Assembly: GCA_964561475.1 (NCBI GenBank)
Contig: CAZLPU010000011.1
Span: 5,021 to 69,020 of the forward strand
Length of the DNA stretch: 64,000 bases
Reading direction: 5' to 3'
Source of the DNA: an uncultured Alphaproteobacteria bacterium
GTDB lineage: Bacteria > Pseudomonadota > Alphaproteobacteria > JAJFIK01
Shown in pieces: positions 19,132-28,328 of this stretch (position 1 is the stretch's first letter; each line of letters begins with the position of its first letter). The notes below the pieces were generated by a model. It made no database searches. It worked only from the letters and a program-made list of their open reading frames with translations, and was not told the origin of the DNA. A program made the translations under genes and the position numbers.

Positions 19132-20139
19132 ATGATGCGTGCCGTGATCGTCGACCGGCTGAGCGAAGATTTCTCCGGTGTCCGGATCGACACTCTGCCC
19201 ATCCCGGAACCGGGGGCCGGGGAAGTCCGCATTGCGGTCAAGGCTGCGGCGGTGAATTTCCCCGATGTGCTGATGACCCAGGGCGGGTATCAGTTCAAGC
19301 CGGATCTGCCCTTCGTGCCCGGCCTTGAATGCGCGGGCGTCGTGGATGCGGTGGGCGTGGGGGTGAGCGGATACCGGCCCGGGGATGGTGTGGTGGCGGG
19401 CATGCGTTTCGGCGCCATGGCGGACTATGCCTGTGTGCCCGCAGAAGGGCTGCGCCCAAAGCCCGCGGCCATGGATTTCGGGGCGGCGGCCTCTTATCCG
19501 GCGGCCTATCTGACCGCCTATGTGGCCCTGGTGCGCCGGGGGCACCTGGAACCGGGGGAGACCCTGCTTGTGCACGGTGCGGCGGGGGGCGTGGGCCTTG
19601 CGGCCGTGGACCTGGGCAGGTTGTTGGGCGCGACGGTGATCGCGACAGCCGGGCGGGACGACAAGCTGGCGGTGGTCAAACAGTACGGGGCGGATCATGT
19701 GATCAACTACACCAAGCCCGACGGCAGCCTCGGCGGCTTCCGGGAGGAGGTGAAGGCGCTGACCGGCGGGCGGGGGGCCGATGTCATTTATGACCCGGTG
19801 GGGGGGGACGTGTTCGATGAATCCCTGCGCTGTATTGCCTGGGGCGGGCGGCTTCTGGTGATCGGTTTCACCAGCGGGCGCATTCCTTCCGTGAACGCCA
19901 ATATCCCGTTGATCAAGGGGTTCTCGGTGGTCGGTGTGCGGGCTGGTGAATATGGCCGGCGCAATCCACAAAAAGGCGCGGAGAATGTGCGCAAAGTGGA
20001 CGAATGGGCGGCGGCGGGACTGATCCGCCCCCATGTGCACCGGGCCTTTCCCCTGGAACAGGCCATCGAGGCAATGAGAGAACTGACCGAGCGCCGGGTT
20101 GTCGGCAAGGTGGTGCTGGATATGGAAGCAGGAGCCTGA
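19132..20139 (+). CDS. Zn-independent MDR-family NADPH:quinone oxidoreductase-like protein
   Basis: GAAGGVG nucleotide-binding motif. MDR fold (about 335 aa). Follows the FMO by 17 nt. Confidence 0.75.
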   Translation: MMRAVIVDRLSEDFSGVRIDTLPIPEPGAGEVRIAVKAAAVNFPDVLMTQGGYQFKPDLPFVPGLECAGVVDAVGVGVSGYRPGDGVVAGMRFGAMADYACVPAEGLRPKPAAMDFGAAASYPAAYLTAYVALVRRGHLEPGETLLVHGAAGGVGLAAVDLGRLLGATVIATAGRDDKLAVVKQYGADHVINYTKPDGSLGGFREEVKALTGGRGADVIYDPVGGDVFDESLRCIAWGGRLLVIGFTSGRIPSVNANIPLIKGFSVVGVRAGEYGRRNPQKGAENVRKVDEWAAAGLIRPHVHRAFPLEQAIEAMRELTERRVVGKVVLDMEAGA

Positions 20140-20144
20140 GTGTC

Positions 20145-20645
20145 ATGACGTCAATTCGCAGAGGACCGCCGCCCCGTCCGGGTGAGGAATCCGTGTGGGA
20201 CTATCCCCGCCCCGCCGTCTGCCAGCCCACCCCGAAGCGGGTGCGGGTGATTTTCGGCGGTGTGGTCATCGCCGATACCACCGGCGCCTGGCGGGTCCTG
20301 GAAACAAGTCATCCTCCCACCTATTATCTGCCTCCCCATGATATTCGCATGGAGTTCCTGACGGAAACCGACCGTCGCTCCCTGTGCGAATGGAAGGGGC
20401 TTGCCCAATATTTTCACATCAAGGTGGGCGACCGGTTCTCCCGCAATGCCGCCTGGTGTTATCCGGAGCCGACGCCCGCGTTCGAACCGATCAAGGACTA
20501 TGTCGCGTTCTACCCCTCCCGTATGGATGAATGCTGGGTGGGCACCGACAAGGTCCGGTCCCAGGCGGGCGATTTCTATGGCGGCTGGGTCACCCCGGAT
20601 CTGGTGGGTCCGTTCAAGGGCGAGCCGGGCACCGAGTTCTGGTGA
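20145..20645 (+). CDS. DUF427 domain protein
   Basis: 166 aa. Conserved HPPTYYLP, CEWKG.A.YF and DYVAFYP signature segments of DUF427. 5 nt after the preceding stop. Confidence 0.6.
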   Translation: MTSIRRGPPPRPGEESVWDYPRPAVCQPTPKRVRVIFGGVVIADTTGAWRVLETSHPPTYYLPPHDIRMEFLTETDRRSLCEWKGLAQYFHIKVGDRFSRNAAWCYPEPTPAFEPIKDYVAFYPSRMDECWVGTDKVRSQAGDFYGGWVTPDLVGPFKGEPGTEFW

Positions 20646-20727
20646 GGCCCGGGCGGGTTCAGCGCTGAGGTTGAGTCAGTCTCCACCCTTCGATCCCCGC
20701 ACGCCCGTGGATACCAGGGGGCTGTCC

Positions 20728-22356
20728 TCAGGAATCGGTGGCGGGCAGAAGGGCTGTGAGGGCTTCGATCCGGTCGGCTTCCTTCGGGGGCTTGTCCCAG
20801 CGCAGGCGGTGGACCCGGGGAAAGCGCATGGCGATGCCGGATTTGTGGCGCGGGGAGCGCTGGAGACCCTCGAAGGCGATTTCCAGGACAAGGCCTTCAT
20901 CGGGCTGATGAACCACCTCCCGGACCGGGCCGAAACGGGCGGTGGTGTGATTGCGGACGAATTTGTCGATCTGCTGGAGTTCCGCATCGGTAAAGCCGAA
21001 ATAGGCTTTACCCACGGGAACCAGCACATCCGCTCCCTCCTCCAGGCGCCAGACACCGAATGTGTAGTCCGAGTAGTAGCTTGAGCGTTTGCCGTGACCC
21101 CGCTGGGCATAAAGGAGCACGGCATCCACAAGGAACGGGTCGCGCTTCCATTTGAACCAGTGGCCCTTCACCCGGCCCGGGAGATAGGGACTGTCCCCCC
21201 GTTTGAGCATGAGCCCTTCGATACCCTCCTCAGGCGGAGCACTGCGCAGGGTGGCAAGATCGTCCCAGCTTTTGAAGGATAGCTGCTCTGACAGGTCTAT
21301 GGCCTCGGGTTTCGCCTCTCCGATCCACCGGGCGAGTCGGGCCCGGCGTTCATCGAAGGGGCGGGGGCGCCAGTCCTCCCCCTCGAATGTGAGCAGGTCA
21401 TAGGCCCGGATCATCACCGGATGGGAGGCCATGAGGCTGGCGGAAATGGTCTTCCGGTTGAGCCGTTTCTGGAGGTCGGCAAAGGGGGCCACGACCCCCT
21501 CCCGGGCCACCAGCAGTTCCCCGTCAATGGCGCCTTCGAAGGTGAGCCGGTCGAGCATGTCCGGGAAGGTCTTGGAAATGTCCTCGCCGCTGCGGCTGTA
21601 CAGACGTTTGACACCGCCTTCACTGACCGCCTGGACCCGGATCCCGTCCCATTTCCATTCCGCGCGATAGGTGGTGACATCGGCAATGGCAGCCTGATCC
21701 GGCTCCTCCAGGGGATGGGCAAGCATCACCGGGCGGAACGGGGCGGCCGCAGCGGTTTCCGGCTTGTCGGCCTTGCCCTCAAGCCAGGCGAACAAATCCG
21801 TGTAGGGTGGTTCAAGGCCGTGCCAGAGTTCCTCGATATCGTTGACCGCGACAGAACCGAATTGAGAGCCATACTGAGCAAGGGCAGTCTTGGCGAGCCG
21901 CGCGGATACCCCCACACGCAACCCGCCGGTAATCAGTTTGGCAAGGGCCCAGCGGCCCGTGGCATCCAGGCTGTCAAACCAGCCCGCGAGCAGGCCCGGC
22001 AGCCGCGCCTTGCCCGTGCCCTCCACGGTGGTGATGACATGGGAGAGGCGGGGCGGTTCGGGAAAGGTGCCGTCCGGGGCCGGCTGCTCCGGCCAGATCA
22101 GGGAAACGGTTTCCGCAAGGTCGCCGACATAGTCGTAGGAAAGCGCGAAAAGATCCGGATCCACCCGGTCCATGGCCAGACCCCGCAGGATCGAGGGCTT
22201 GGCGGCCTTGAAATCCAGATCGCCGGTGAGTGCGGCCACGGCCCAGCCCCGGTCCGGGTCCGGCACGTCCCGGAAATAGTCCATCATAAGACGGAGTTTC
22301 CCGTTCCGCTGGGCCTGGGTGCTGAGACGGTCGAGAAGGACGGAAAAAGGCTTCAT
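20728..22356 (-). CDS. ATP-dependent DNA ligase of the ligase-associated DNA damage response module (cisplatin-damage-response ligase type)
   Basis: 542 aa. Adenylation motif I EWKWDGIR (KxDG). OB-fold C-terminal domain. Start ATGA-overlaps the exonuclease stop. Confidence 0.85.
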   Translation of the reverse strand: MKPFSVLLDRLSTQAQRNGKLRLMMDYFRDVPDPDRGWAVAALTGDLDFKAAKPSILRGLAMDRVDPDLFALSYDYVGDLAETVSLIWPEQPAPDGTFPEPPRLSHVITTVEGTGKARLPGLLAGWFDSLDATGRWALAKLITGGLRVGVSARLAKTALAQYGSQFGSVAVNDIEELWHGLEPPYTDLFAWLEGKADKPETAAAAPFRPVMLAHPLEEPDQAAIADVTTYRAEWKWDGIRVQAVSEGGVKRLYSRSGEDISKTFPDMLDRLTFEGAIDGELLVAREGVVAPFADLQKRLNRKTISASLMASHPVMIRAYDLLTFEGEDWRPRPFDERRARLARWIGEAKPEAIDLSEQLSFKSWDDLATLRSAPPEEGIEGLMLKRGDSPYLPGRVKGHWFKWKRDPFLVDAVLLYAQRGHGKRSSYYSDYTFGVWRLEEGADVLVPVGKAYFGFTDAELQQIDKFVRNHTTARFGPVREVVHQPDEGLVLEIAFEGLQRSPRHKSGIAMRFPRVHRLRWDKPPKEADRIEALTALLPATDS

Positions 22357-23465
22357 GGGGCCGTGTCCCCCGTGACACCGCCCGTTGCAGACGGCTTCTC
22401 TTGATCCTCCGTCTGATCGCTGTTGGCCTGCTGATCATCCTCTCCGCCGTCTTCCTCCCCGTATCCGACCAGGGACAGGGGGCGGGCGGTCAACCCTTTG
22501 ACGGTGGCGGCGTGGCAGAGGGCGTCTTCCCGCCCGTGGGTCACCCAGAGTTCTTCCGGACCCACATCATCGACGGTTTCCAGCAATTCGTCCCAATCGG
22601 CGTGGTCGGAGATGATCAGGGGCAGTTCCACCCCTCTCTGGCGGGCGCGGGCGCGCACCCGCATCCAACCCGAGGCAAAGGCGGTGACCGGATCATTGAG
22701 GCGCCGGGACCAGCGGTCGTTCAACGCAGACGGCGGGCACAGGGTGATGCGCCCGTTGAAGGCTGCTTTCGGCTGGCCGGCGGCGCCTTCGAACGGACCC
22801 AGATCCTGACCCTGATCCTTGTACAGATCGAAGAGTTTCTTCATGGCGCCGTGGAGAACGATGGGCGCGTCATAGCCTGAGCGGCGCAACAGGGCCACCA
22901 CACGCTGGGCCTTGCCCAGGGCGTAGGCACCGACAAGATGAGGCCTGTCGGGAAATGTCTCCAGGGAGGCGGTCAGTTTGGCCACTTCTCCGTCGGTATG
23001 AGGGTGGCGGAAGACCGGAAGTCCGAAGGTTGCCTCGCTGATGAACACATCGCAGGAGACAGGCTCGAAACCCACACAGGTCGGGTCTTCCCGGCGTTTG
23101 TAATCACCGGAGACCACGATGCGGCGCCCCCGATAGTCGATCACCGCCTGAGCGCTTCCCAGCACATGGCCTGCCGGGCGCAGCGTCACGGTGACGCCAT
23201 TCAGATCGACTGTTTCCCCAAGGCCAAGTGTCTGGGTGCTGGCGGCGAAATCCGCGCCGTACCGCACAGCCATGATGGCGAGGGTCTCCGCTGTGGCTAG
23301 AACGCTCCGGTGACCCCAGCGCGCATGGTCCGCATGACCGTGGGTTATGACCGCACGATCGGAGGGGCGAACCGGGTCCACATAGAAGTCCCCCGGCGGG
23401 CAATAGAGTCCCGCGTCGGTTGGATGCAGAATATCGTGGGCCGGGGGAGGGGAAACGTGCACCAT
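22353..23465 (-). CDS. Ligase-associated DNA damage response exonuclease (metallo-beta-lactamase/beta-CASP fold)
   Basis: MBL motif ITHGHADHARWG. Beta-CASP-like C-terminal region. ATG 23465. Co-oriented immediately upstream of the ligase. Confidence 0.8.
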   Translation of the reverse strand: MVHVSPPPAHDILHPTDAGLYCPPGDFYVDPVRPSDRAVITHGHADHARWGHRSVLATAETLAIMAVRYGADFAASTQTLGLGETVDLNGVTVTLRPAGHVLGSAQAVIDYRGRRIVVSGDYKRREDPTCVGFEPVSCDVFISEATFGLPVFRHPHTDGEVAKLTASLETFPDRPHLVGAYALGKAQRVVALLRRSGYDAPIVLHGAMKKLFDLYKDQGQDLGPFEGAAGQPKAAFNGRITLCPPSALNDRWSRRLNDPVTAFASGWMRVRARARQRGVELPLIISDHADWDELLETVDDVGPEELWVTHGREDALCHAATVKGLTARPLSLVGYGEEDGGEDDQQANSDQTEDQEKPSATGGVTGDTAP

Positions 23466-23652
23466 GAAGCGGATCCGGAAGCGGTTGCGTGACGGCGGTC
23501 CTCGGTCCACCAAGTATGGAAAATAGAGTGATCGGCTTCCCAGGCGAATTGACCGGCCCAACAGGGGCTATCACAGGTTGGGTTCGGGACGGCACGGCGG
23601 GAGTTTTCAGGGGACGGGACATCACACGCGGGCGGACGTGGAAAGGCCGGAC

Positions 23653-24195
23653 ATGACTGACGAGCCTCCGAAAGGCGGTCCAGAGGATGGCGAGGATCAC
23701 CACCACAGCGGACCTTATGAGCGCAAGCGTCTGCGCCGGTCCTGGTGGCGGCAAAAACCGAGGCCCAAGCGCAATGTCCGCCCGACCCCGGCCATGCCCC
23801 GCCCCCATGTGCGGGTCTGGCGCTGGCGGCTTCCCGTTCCACGGTCGCGCACGGGGCGTACTATATTGGGTGTGACATTCATCGTGGTCGGCACCCTCGG
23901 CTTTGCCATGCCCGTTATCGGACTGTGGATGTGGGGGCCGGGGATGCTGATCCTGTCCATCGATTCCCATCGGGTCCGCCGGTTCCGCCGCCGGTCGGAG
24001 GTCCGGGCCATCCGCTGGTGGCGCAAGCGGCGGCGCAGGCGCACCGGGTCCAGGGAGGAGAGGACCAGGAAGGGTCGGAACAGGACGGAGGGCCGGCACC
24101 CCGGTCCCGAACGTCCTGGCCCCAACAACTCTGGCCCCAACAATTCCGGCCCCGACAACACTGGTTCTGGCCACACACCGGACGACCCGTCCTGA
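23653..24195 (+). CDS. Putative small Arg-rich membrane protein (PGPGW-like TM hairpin: ...GLWMWGPGMLIL...)
   Basis: 180 aa ORF in the divergent intergenic region, high GC3 throughout. One long hydrophobic hairpin with a central GPG. The rest is highly basic, with a PNNSGPNNSGPDNTG repeat. Coding status uncertain. Confidence 0.35.
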   Translation: MTDEPPKGGPEDGEDHHHSGPYERKRLRRSWWRQKPRPKRNVRPTPAMPRPHVRVWRWRLPVPRSRTGRTILGVTFIVVGTLGFAMPVIGLWMWGPGMLILSIDSHRVRRFRRRSEVRAIRWWRKRRRRRTGSREERTRKGRNRTEGRHPGPERPGPNNSGPNNSGPDNTGSGHTPDDPS

Positions 24196-24219
24196 CCACT
24201 CTTCGACTTGCAAGGTTCC

Positions 24220-26757
24220 ATGCCTTCCCGACGGACCAAGACAAAAACAAGCGCCACTCCTGCCAACATCGTTCTGCCGCCCGTGATCGGCGACTGGTTC
24301 ACTGGCAGAGGCTGGACGCCGCGCGCCCACCAGCTTGAATTGCTGGAGACGGTGCGCGGCCAAGGATCGTCCCTACTGATCGCGCCCACCGGTGGCGGTA
24401 AGACCCTGGCGGGGTTTCTGCCGTCCCTGGTGGATCTGGTGCAGCGGGAGGAGGAGACCCATCCTCAGCTTGGCGGTCTGCACACCCTCTACATTTCCCC
24501 CTTGAAGGCGCTCGCGGTGGATGTGGCGCGCAATGTGGAAACCCCCATCCGTGAAATGGGACTGCCCATCCGTCTGGAGACCCGCACGGGAGACACGCCG
24601 GCCCATAAGCGCCAGCGCCAGCGCTCCACCCCGCCGGACATTTTGCTGACCACACCGGAGCAGCTTGCGCTTCTCCTGGCCTATAAGGACAGTGCGAGAT
24701 TTTTCCGTAAGCTGAGATATGTTATCATCGACGAACTGCACGCCCTGGACAATTCCAAGCGCGGGGAACTTCTGGCCCTGGGGCTGGCGCGCCTGTCCCG
24801 GCTCTCGCAGGATCTGGTGCGCATCGGCCTGTCGGCCACGGTCCATGAACCCGAGCGGCTGCGCCGGTGGCTGGTGCCCCAGGCTGCCGGGGAGGTGCGG
24901 CTGGCGGCGGAGGTGCGGGGCCAGGGGGGCGCCGTGCCCCAGGTGGATGTCCTGGTCTCCCAGGCCCATGTGCCCTGGTCCGGACATACGGGCCGCCATG
25001 CCATGCCCGAAGTGTATGACGCCATCCGCAAGGCCAACACGGCGCTTGTGTTCGTCAATACCCGGTCCCAGGCGGAACTGGTGTTCCAGACCCTGTGGCG
25101 GGAGAACGAGGATGGTCTGCCCATCGCCCTTCACCACGGCAGCCTGGATGTGGAACAGCGGCGCAAGGTGGAAGCGGCCATGGCGGAAGGCAAGCTCCGG
25201 GCTGTGGTCTGCACCTCGACCCTCGATCTGGGAATTGATTGGGGGGCGGTGGATCTGGTGATCAATATGGGGGCGCCGAAAGGGGCAAGCCGTCTTCTCC
25301 AGCGTATCGGCCGGGCCAATCACCGTCTTGATGAGCCCAGCCATGCGATCCTGGTGCCCTCCAACCGGTTCGAAGTGCTCGAATGCCGGGCGGCCCAGGA
25401 AGCGGCGATCCAGTCGGTTCTCGATGGGGCACCATCCCGGGACGGAGGGCTTGACGTGCTGGCCCAGCATGTTCTGGGCATGGCCTGTGCCGAGCCGTTC
25501 TCCATGACCGGGTTTTATGAGGAAGTGGTGTCTGCGGAACCCTACCGGACCCTGACCTATGAGAGTTTCGAGCAGGTGGTGGATTTCGTGGCCTGTGGTG
25601 GCTACGCGCTCAGGGCCTATGACCGGTTCCGGCGCATCACCAAGACCCCGGAAGGCCTCTTCCGGGTCAGCCATCCCAGTGTCGCCCAGTCCTACCGCAT
25701 GAATGTGGGCACCATCGTCCAGTCGCCGATGATGAAGGTGCGCCTGGGCCGGGGGGGAGGTGCGCAGAAGGCAGGGCAGGCCCGGGCCATGGTCCGCCGG
25801 GGGGGGCGGGTGCTGGGCGAGATCGAGGAATGGATGGTGGAGCAACTGCGACCGGGGGATACGTTCCTGTTCGCCGGTGAGGTGCTGCGCTTTGAAGGTC
25901 TTCACGAGACGGAGGTTCAGGTCACCCGGGCCACGGGGGAGGACCCCATGGTGCCTTCATGGCAGGGGGGCAAGTTTCCCTTGTCCACCTATCTGGCCGA
26001 ACGGGTGCGGGAGATGATCTTCGTGCCTGAGCAGTGGGCGGCCCTGCCGGATCAGGTGCGCGAATGGCTTGAACTCCAGGGCAAACGCTCCCTTCTTCCC
26101 GGTCCGGAACAGATGCTGGTGGAGACCTTTCCCCGGGGCGGCAAGGAATATCTCGTGGCTTATCCCTTTGAAGGGCGCCTCGCCCACCAGACCCTGGGCA
26201 TGCTGCTCACCAGGCGGATGGAACGGGCGGGTCTGAACCCTCTGGGGTTTGTGGCCAACGACTATGCCATTGCTGTCTGGTGCCTGCGCTCCCCGGCGGA
26301 TCTGGACATGGCGGGTCTGTTCGACCAGGACATGCTGGGGGACGATCTGGACGCTTGGATGGCGGAGGCGGGGCTGTTGAAACGCACCTTCCGCTATTGT
26401 GCGGTCATCGCGGGGCTGATCGAACGGCGCCACCCGGGCAAGGAGAAGACCGGGCGGCAGGTCACATTTTCCTCCGACCTGATCTATGATGTGCTCCGCG
26501 CCCACGAGCCGGACCACATTCTTCTGAAAGCCGCCTGGCAGGACGCGTCCGCCGGTCTCCTGGATATCGGGCGGCTGGGGGATATGCTGCGCCGGGTTCA
26601 GGGCAGAATCGTCCACAAACATCTCTCCAGGGTTTCTCCCCTGGCGGTGCCGGTAATGCTGGAAATCGGCCGGGAACCGGTCTATGGGGCCGCAAGCGAA
26701 GCGCTTCTGGGTGAAGCGGCGGATGATCTGATTGAGGAGGCGGTCCGGCTTGACTGA
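24220..26757 (+). CDS. Ligase-associated DNA damage response DEXH-box helicase (Lhr-like)
   Basis: Walker A APTGGGKT. DExH VIIDELHAL. Helicase C-terminal motifs. About 845 aa. ATG 24220. The track's 24208 start is TTG. Confidence 0.85.
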   Translation: MPSRRTKTKTSATPANIVLPPVIGDWFTGRGWTPRAHQLELLETVRGQGSSLLIAPTGGGKTLAGFLPSLVDLVQREEETHPQLGGLHTLYISPLKALAVDVARNVETPIREMGLPIRLETRTGDTPAHKRQRQRSTPPDILLTTPEQLALLLAYKDSARFFRKLRYVIIDELHALDNSKRGELLALGLARLSRLSQDLVRIGLSATVHEPERLRRWLVPQAAGEVRLAAEVRGQGGAVPQVDVLVSQAHVPWSGHTGRHAMPEVYDAIRKANTALVFVNTRSQAELVFQTLWRENEDGLPIALHHGSLDVEQRRKVEAAMAEGKLRAVVCTSTLDLGIDWGAVDLVINMGAPKGASRLLQRIGRANHRLDEPSHAILVPSNRFEVLECRAAQEAAIQSVLDGAPSRDGGLDVLAQHVLGMACAEPFSMTGFYEEVVSAEPYRTLTYESFEQVVDFVACGGYALRAYDRFRRITKTPEGLFRVSHPSVAQSYRMNVGTIVQSPMMKVRLGRGGGAQKAGQARAMVRRGGRVLGEIEEWMVEQLRPGDTFLFAGEVLRFEGLHETEVQVTRATGEDPMVPSWQGGKFPLSTYLAERVREMIFVPEQWAALPDQVREWLELQGKRSLLPGPEQMLVETFPRGGKEYLVAYPFEGRLAHQTLGMLLTRRMERAGLNPLGFVANDYAIAVWCLRSPADLDMAGLFDQDMLGDDLDAWMAEAGLLKRTFRYCAVIAGLIERRHPGKEKTGRQVTFSSDLIYDVLRAHEPDHILLKAAWQDASAGLLDIGRLGDMLRRVQGRIVHKHLSRVSPLAVPVMLEIGREPVYGAASEALLGEAADDLIEEAVRLD

Positions 26758-27505
26758 GCGTGCCGTAAAAACAAATCCGAGCCTGGAAGACATTCCAGGG
26801 CACGGCGCCATCCGGATCGAGGGTGTCACCCTGCTGGGCGATCCCCTGGGCGCCCTGATCTGGCCTGAAGAAAAGCTTCTGGTGGTCTCGGATCTCCATC
26901 TGGAGAAAGGCTCATCCTTTGCCCGTCAGGGGATCTATCTGCCGCCCTATGACAGCCGCATGACCCTCTCCCGGATTGTCGCTCTGTGCGCGGATTACAA
27001 GCCCGAGCGAGTGATCGCCCTGGGGGATTCCTTCCATGACACGGGGGCTGCGGCCCGTCTTGCCCGCCAGGATATCGAGACCTTGCGGGCCCTGACCGGC
27101 GGTTGCGACTGGATCTGGATTGCGGGTAACCATGATCCGCTTCCGCCCACAGGCTTCGGCGGCCGGATCGAGGAGACCCTTTCCATCGGTCCCCTGACAT
27201 TCCGCCACGAGCCCTCTGCCGGTCCCGCTGCGGGGGAAGTGGCCGGTCACCTCCATCCCTGTGCCAGTGTCCGGGTCCGGGGGCGGCGGGTGCGCCGGCG
27301 CTGTTTTGCCGGTGACGGAACCCGGCTGGTCATGCCCGCATTCGGGGCTTTCACCGGCGGCTTGTGCGTCCTCGATCCTGCCTTTGAGCCGGTCTTCCCT
27401 GACGCGTTTCAGGCCCATCTACTGGGTAAGGACAGGGTGTATGTCCTGGAACACCGTAAACTCGTTCCGGATCTGGCATCCCCGCCGTCGGTCTGGCGGA
27501 TGTGA
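26750..27505 (+). CDS. pdeM: Ligase-associated DNA damage response endonuclease PdeM (calcineurin-like metallophosphoesterase)
   Basis: Metallophosphoesterase motifs VVSDLHLEKG, GDSFHD, GNHD. TTG start at 26750, preceded by a perfect GAGGAGG SD (26734..26740) inside the helicase 3' end. 8-nt overlap with the helicase. Confidence 0.75.
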   Translation: MTERAVKTNPSLEDIPGHGAIRIEGVTLLGDPLGALIWPEEKLLVVSDLHLEKGSSFARQGIYLPPYDSRMTLSRIVALCADYKPERVIALGDSFHDTGAAARLARQDIETLRALTGGCDWIWIAGNHDPLPPTGFGGRIEETLSIGPLTFRHEPSAGPAAGEVAGHLHPCASVRVRGRRVRRRCFAGDGTRLVMPAFGAFTGGLCVLDPAFEPVFPDAFQAHLLGKDRVYVLEHRKLVPDLASPPSVWRM

Positions 27506-27542
27506 GGAGGCGTGGGTCTGCACCCCTGCCTGATTGGACGTT

Positions 27543-28037
27543 TTAAACCGTGCCGCTGAAAAACTGGGTGACCAGGACCCGGGCCAGGGCAACGGCGAGG
27601 GACGCGAGCACAATCACCGTCAGGGGGATACGCAGGCCGGGATACCAGGCGGGGGCGAGGTCGCGTCTGGTGGCTTGGAGATCGGACCAGAGCAGTCCCG
27701 CAAAGGCCGCGGTCAGAAGCAGGAGTTGAATGGCCGGGGCCAGAGGATCATCAGGCCATAAAATCGTGGTGAGCAGGGCGGCCCAGGCGACGAAGGCCGG
27801 CGCGATACTCAGACCCAGCTGGGCAAAGCCGGTTTCTTCCGCCCGGGTCATGGCCAGACCCCAGCGGACACCGCCCATGAAGGACAGGATAATGGCCCCA
27901 TAGGCCGCGAGGGCCGCCAGGGCTCTTGCATCCTCCAGCAGCCAAAAGGCCGTTGCGCCGACGGCGAAGGGCAGGGCACCGAGATACCCAAAGGTTGAGG
28001 CCGCGGCGGGAATGCGGCTGGTGGTCTGGTCGGCCAT
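27543..28037 (-). CDS. DUF3429-like small integral membrane protein (4 TM helices)
   Basis: 164 aa, four hydrophobic helices, ATG 28037. Confidence 0.55.
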   Translation of the reverse strand: MADQTTSRIPAAASTFGYLGALPFAVGATAFWLLEDARALAALAAYGAIILSFMGGVRWGLAMTRAEETGFAQLGLSIAPAFVAWAALLTTILWPDDPLAPAIQLLLLTAAFAGLLWSDLQATRRDLAPAWYPGLRIPLTVIVLASLAVALARVLVTQFFSGTV

Positions 28038-28167
28038 GGCGGCATGCCTCCATTCAAGAACTAAGCTGGGGCCGGAACTGAGGTGCGGCGGGGACGGAGA
28101 TCCAGATCCAGACCCAGACCCATGGGCAGATCTGTTCGGCGCTCCCGTGCCGGCACAATCCGGATCG

Positions 28168-28328
28168 AAGGGTGCCCCACACCCTTAAATTTGCACCGAA
28201 ACCGCTTCAGGCAAAGCCATTGCCTTTGCCTGAAGCGCAATCCCGGCCCGGCGAGTGTGGGTGCCTGAAGACACCCTTAACCATACCAGACACCATTCTT
28301 GGATGAGGCCGGGTGCACCGCCTCATCC
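28168..28328. repeat. Cluster of four stable hairpins and direct repeats (GGGTGCC...CACCCTTAA x2) in the 700-bp intergenic region between the DUF3429 gene and the RND operon
   Basis: Hairpin A 28168..28186 (AAGGGTG/CACCCTT). Hairpin B 28204..28236 (13-bp perfect stem GCTTCAGGCAAAG, 7-nt loop). Hairpin A' 28259..28278. Hairpin C 28301..28328 (9-bp stem). Confidence 0.6.

Noticed and set aside
18056-20040. 358-aa and 327-aa minus-strand ORFs
   Set aside because: Antisense to the FMO and quinone-oxidoreductase genes, which carry clear cofactor-binding motifs.
21421-22404. 327-aa plus-strand ORF
   Set aside because: Antisense to the ATP-dependent DNA ligase (KxDG motif on the minus strand).
24373-25905. 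510-aa minus-strand ORF inside the helicase gene
   Set aside because: Antisense to an Lhr-like helicase with Walker A and DExH motifs.
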